Below, in pieces: positions 60,071 to 64,000 of a stretch of 64,000 nucleotides of DNA (positions within the stretch are counted from its first letter, which is position 1; each line of letters starts with the position of its first letter). Source of the DNA: an uncultured delta proteobacterium (GTDB taxonomy: Bacteria; Desulfobacterota; Binatia; Binatales; Binataceae). Location: NCBI GenBank assembly GCA_963808235.1, contig CAWEEQ010000004.1, forward strand, positions 3,424,001 to 3,488,000, given 5' to 3'. Position numbers and translations under genes: made by a program. Below the pieces are notes generated by a model. That model saw only the letters and a program-made list of their open reading frames with translations. It had not been told where the DNA came from and searched no databases.

Positions 60071-61108
60071 ATGAATGCCGAATCTGCAAATGAGCGGCAG
60101 CCCGAAGGCTGCACCGGTCACGAATATGATGGAGCAATACCGGTCAAGCTCAGCAAGGAGGAATTGCTCGAACTGTCATCGCTGAGCCCGTTCAGAAGTT
60201 TCTTTCACATCGCGGCCGAATGGCTGCTGATACTGAGTGCGGCTTACCTATGCCGGCGCTTTTGGAACCCGGTCGTTTACCTGGTCGCGGTTGCATTCAT
60301 CGGGGCGCGGCAGCACGCGCTGCTGATCCTGATGCATGACGGCGTCCACTACCGGCTGTTTCGAAATCGACAACTCAACGATTGGACTTCTGAACTAATA
60401 TTGGCGTGGCCGAATCTGATCTCGGCACGAGCGTATCGCAAAAACCATTTCGCGCATCATCGCTACCTGGATACGGCTGAGGATCCCGACTGGATACGCC
60501 ATCAAGGCGATCCCGCCTGGGTGTTCCCGAAGCACTGGGGCAAGGTGGCGACGCTGATGATACGCGACATTTGCGGCGTGGGCGCAATTTTCTATCTCAA
60601 GCTGGCCCGCATGCTGTTATCGAGAGATACCGGAGTCAGCGTTAGATTTCTTGCCGCGCGGTACGGATTTTACGTCGCGTTGATTGTGATCTTCGCGTGG
60701 TTCGGCGCGCTTCATTTGCTGCTCATGTACTGGTTTGTTCCGATGTTCACCTGGCTCATCATGATTTTCCGAATCCGCAGTATCGCCGAGCATTTCGCGA
60801 TCGGAGGCAGGAGCGGCGCATACGCGCACACGAGATCGACGCGCGCATCGATCCTCGAGCACATCTTCGTGGCGCCGAAGAACGTGAACTATCATATCGA
60901 GCATCATTTCTACCCGAGCGTTCCGTTCTACCGGCTCCCGCAACTGCATCGGACGCTGATGGCCAAGTCGGAGTTCAAGGAATCGGTGCACATCACGAAG
61001 AGCTATCTCGGAGTGCTTCGAGAATGCATACGCGGCGCGGAATCGGACTCGTATTGGAGGACCGCATCCGCGGAGTTGGCGGCGCAACCCGATCCGCATT
61101 CGAGCTAG
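60071..61108 (+). CDS. Membrane fatty-acid desaturase family protein
   Basis: His boxes HDGVH, HFAHH, HIEHH; R.IAEH; VPFYRLP. Confidence 0.92.
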   Translation: MNAESANERQPEGCTGHEYDGAIPVKLSKEELLELSSLSPFRSFFHIAAEWLLILSAAYLCRRFWNPVVYLVAVAFIGARQHALLILMHDGVHYRLFRNRQLNDWTSELILAWPNLISARAYRKNHFAHHRYLDTAEDPDWIRHQGDPAWVFPKHWGKVATLMIRDICGVGAIFYLKLARMLLSRDTGVSVRFLAARYGFYVALIVIFAWFGALHLLLMYWFVPMFTWLIMIFRIRSIAEHFAIGGRSGAYAHTRSTRASILEHIFVAPKNVNYHIEHHFYPSVPFYRLPQLHRTLMAKSEFKESVHITKSYLGVLRECIRGAESDSYWRTASAELAAQPDPHSS

Positions 61109-61130
61109 GGAGAGAGACTTGAAGAACACG

Positions 61131-61161
61131 GCGGCGGCGGACCAGCGCGGTCCGCCGCCGC
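61131..61161 (+). terminator. 13-bp GC hairpin after the desaturase
   Basis: GCGGCGGCGGACC-AGCGC-GGTCCGCCGCCGC; no U-tract. Confidence 0.5.
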
Positions 61162-61774
61162 TGAGCGTGAATCTCCTACGAAACGATGGCCTTTAAAGTC
61201 AAGTATCATGTCGATTACTCGTGAACTAGATTCCGCCTTCATTCGACCATTCACTTACAAAGACGAGGTAGCTAACTGGCGTCAGTCGCCCGTCATCATT
61301 CCCTGAGCGTGCGGCGAGGCGGGGTCGCGATCCTGCTCGCGCCTACCTGTCCGCGCCTCCACCTTTCCGCGTATTGTCGGTCTCTTCGTTCTTTGACGTA
61401 GTTGTTGAGCCGCTTCAAGAGTGTCCGGAAAGTCTTCATCTTTCGCCTCCGAAAAAATCAAAGCGATGGATAGACCCATTGCAGCGAAGCTTTCTGTAAT
61501 GCGTAACCAGGGCAAACGTCAAGCGGACTGGCCTGTCTGTCGCTTAAAACCTACGGGATGGCGGATAGGGAGTGCGAAAGTTTTAACGCAGATCGAAGAG
61601 AGTTGGCGCGCTATGAAGCTGCACGTCATCACCTATCAGCTACAACTTTTGCGCCCAACTTATTTCTGCTAGTAGCAGAAATCGAAGAGCGTTTTCGCGG
61701 TGGGCATGAAGCGCGCGATCAGTTATGGATCAAGATCCCAAAATGGAAATCCAGAAGCGACGGAGAACTTTCAA

Positions 61775-62098
61775 ATGAAATATCTAGTATCGGGATCCGA
61801 CGGGCCCGGATTCGCCACGCCCGAGGAGGCACTTAAGCTTCTCGAGAATATTGTGATTCCCAGCCTCGATGCGTTGAACAAGCTCCAGGCCGAGAAGCGG
61901 ATTCTGGCCGGCGGCCTAAAGGTCGGCGAACGCGCGTTCGTTTTCGTAGCGGAAGCGGAATCGAACGAAAAGCTCGACCGGATGCTGCGCGAAATTCCCT
62001 TCTGGGGCCTGATCAGATGGGAGGTAACTCCGCTCGAGGGTTTCGACACCCGCGCCGCAGAAGAGCGCGCAATGACGGCGCGCCTAAAGGGTCGGTGA
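61775..62098 (+). CDS. Muconolactone isomerase-like dimeric alpha/beta barrel protein
   Basis: GGAG RBS; AESNEKLDRML.EIPFW....WEVTPL motif. Confidence 0.65.
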   Translation: MKYLVSGSDGPGFATPEEALKLLENIVIPSLDALNKLQAEKRILAGGLKVGERAFVFVAEAESNEKLDRMLREIPFWGLIRWEVTPLEGFDTRAAEERAMTARLKGR

Positions 62099-62234
62099 AT
62101 CCAGATGAGCGAAACCACCGTAGGTTTCGCGCTTCCCGGTTGAATAGAACCCGAATTGACGATCCGAATAGTGAGCTGCCAATTGGGACGAAACCGTAAA
62201 ATAGGTGTATATATAAGTTAAGGTAAGTTAAGCG

Positions 62235-62894
62235 TTGGGGAGGGCGCGAGCAGGAGAATCCGCCTTGAACTTAAGACTTCGCGATCGTTGGCTACATATT
62301 CGCATCCCGCTCGCGCTGACGATCTTGGCTTTCGTCGTATCATCATGCGCGACACAGGAACCAGCGCCAACGCCCGAGCCGACCGTAGTTGCGCCTCCTC
62401 CACCACCTCAACCGACTCGGAAGACTACCTCGAACGGGTCGAAAGGGGTGCGCGCGTCCTACCAGGGAGATGAGGAGGCCGGGCGCAAAACCGCTAACGG
62501 CGAAATTTACGATCCCAACAAGTTGACTGCGGCGTCGCGCACCTTGCCGCTCGGTAGCAAAGTTATCGTGACGAATCCCAGCACCGGGCGTTCGGTACAA
62601 GTGCGGATTAACGATCGCGGCCCATTCGTCGGTGGCAGGAGCCTGGATCTGTCCAAACGTGCGGCAGACGAGATCGGGCTCACGGAAAAGGGAGTCGGGC
62701 GAGTGAAGATCAAACGCGTCCCGAAGTCGGTAGAGCAGGCTGATTCGAAATCGAAGCCGAGCACCGATTCGAAATCGGTGGCGAGCGAATCTTCAAAACC
62801 GCCGACAGTTGAATCTGCAGGCGTCCCCACGGTCTCCACCGTTTCCGGTGTTTCGACATCTGTTTCGGCTCCGCCGTCGGTCGCGAGCCCCTAA
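62235..62894 (+). CDS. rlpA: Septal ring lytic transglycosylase RlpA family lipoprotein
   Basis: VSSC lipobox, TANGEIYD...LTAA.RTLPLG, VRINDRGPF..GR.LDLS; start uncertain. Confidence 0.9.
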   Translation: MGRARAGESALNLRLRDRWLHIRIPLALTILAFVVSSCATQEPAPTPEPTVVAPPPPPQPTRKTTSNGSKGVRASYQGDEEAGRKTANGEIYDPNKLTAASRTLPLGSKVIVTNPSTGRSVQVRINDRGPFVGGRSLDLSKRAADEIGLTEKGVGRVKIKRVPKSVEQADSKSKPSTDSKSVASESSKPPTVESAGVPTVSTVSGVSTSVSAPPSVASP

Positions 62895-63628
62895 TCCAAT
62901 CCGTTGCGCGCGACGAGGATCGCCCATCCGATGCAGCGGCCGTCGAATTGCAGACTGGATCGCTGGCCTTCGGGATCGGTAAGAATCTTGACGTCGGCCT
63001 GGCCCGGATTCGCGAGCGCCCAGTCGATCGCTGCTTGCCAATGCAAGGAGTGATAGCGGTTCCAATCGTCGACCGAAGCTTCGACAATTCCGCGCGAGAT
63101 GAGACCGCGCGAGCGCATCGCTTCGACCGTCATCCACAATGAGCGGCCGTCGCATTCGCTGTCGCGAGGAATACCTTTGGCCAACGGCAGCTGGGTTGCG
63201 AAGACCTCTCCGATTGCGACTACGCCGCCCGGTTTCGCGCATCGCGTCATCCAATCGAGCGCCGGCTCGAAGCCGCCCAGGGCAAAGGACGCGCCGATAC
63301 ACATCACCACGTCGAAGCTTGCCTGCTCGGGGTGAAATTCCAGCGCGGGTCCTTGCACGATTCGGATGCGCCCGGAGAGACCTTCGGCGGCGGCGAGGTT
63401 GCGCGCCTCGTCCGCGAACACGCGGTTGATCTCGAGACCCGTAATTTGGATGTCAAACTTTTTGGCGAGTCGCCGTAGGAGCCAGCCCTTGCCGCATCCG
63501 ACGTCGAGCACGCGCATACCGTCGCGAAAGCCGCAGTAGGATGCGGCCAGGTCGAGCTTCTCTTCGGAAGTCGGATTCTGAATCGTGTGATAACGCTCGA
63601 TGGTTGCGAAGAATTCAAATCGGTTCAA
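62891..63628 (-). CDS. Class I SAM methyltransferase (YjhP-like)
   Basis: VLDVGCGKG, FDVVMCIGAS, KPGG; AGGAG RBS before TTG. Confidence 0.85.
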   Translation of the reverse strand: MNRFEFFATIERYHTIQNPTSEEKLDLAASYCGFRDGMRVLDVGCGKGWLLRRLAKKFDIQITGLEINRVFADEARNLAAAEGLSGRIRIVQGPALEFHPEQASFDVVMCIGASFALGGFEPALDWMTRCAKPGGVVAIGEVFATQLPLAKGIPRDSECDGRSLWMTVEAMRSRGLISRGIVEASVDDWNRYHSLHWQAAIDWALANPGQADVKILTDPEGQRSSLQFDGRCIGWAILVARNGLD

Positions 63629-64000
63629 TGTATTTCTCCTGTTTGTCTTGAGCGCAGATCTGATCTGCCGCCGAAAGGCCTCGCAACCAAGCGAAGATGA
63701 GACCGCGGCGCATACATCAGCGCCTGACGAAACGCTCAGCCGATCTTCAAATGACGCGAACTAGTTGCAGCAGAGAGACAGCAGGCGCGTTTCGCGGCGT
63801 TCGGGCGCAAGTGGCTTATTCATAGCGATCATGAAACGCACCTCCCTGGAGAGAAGTGCCGCGATGCTAGCTCGGAACGTTGGCGCTTACAAATGGCATT
63901 CGACGACAAAGCGGCGTCATCTTTTGTTCTCTGAAGAACTTCGCGAGTCCGAGCCCGGCCTCATGCTGGTTTCGTCGGCGAAGCCGATGCTGATACTGAT

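Overview
GC-rich bacterial chromosome segment, probably from a long-read or metagenome assembly. Gene content resembles Candidatus Binatota or similar soil lineages (inference only). Housekeeping and metabolic loci include mtnA, a Dpp/Opp-type ABC importer, a macro-domain protein, sulfite reductase-cysH with a divergent Rrf2 regulator, sodB, ffs(SRP RNA)-dnaX-ybaB-recR, aguB-aguA, queC-like, rlpA and many VOC, SDR, LLM and methyltransferase genes. Genes at about 26.5-34 kb carry many indels, including essential dnaX, which are most likely assembly errors. No rRNA, tRNA, CRISPR array or transposase was recognised; several REP-like intergenic repeats are present. The best candidate for an undescribed system is at 58.1-61.2 kb: an ImmA/IrrE-type HExxH metallopeptidase transcribed divergently from a FeeM/LuxI-like GNAT acyl-amide synthase and a membrane fatty-acid desaturase, with a 20-bp dyad between them. 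This could be a LuxR-independent, protease-read lipid-signal module. The second candidate is a polyphosphate operon (ppx, two tandem thymidylate-kinase-like genes, CHAD, sixA) in which one kinase has a non-canonical P-loop.
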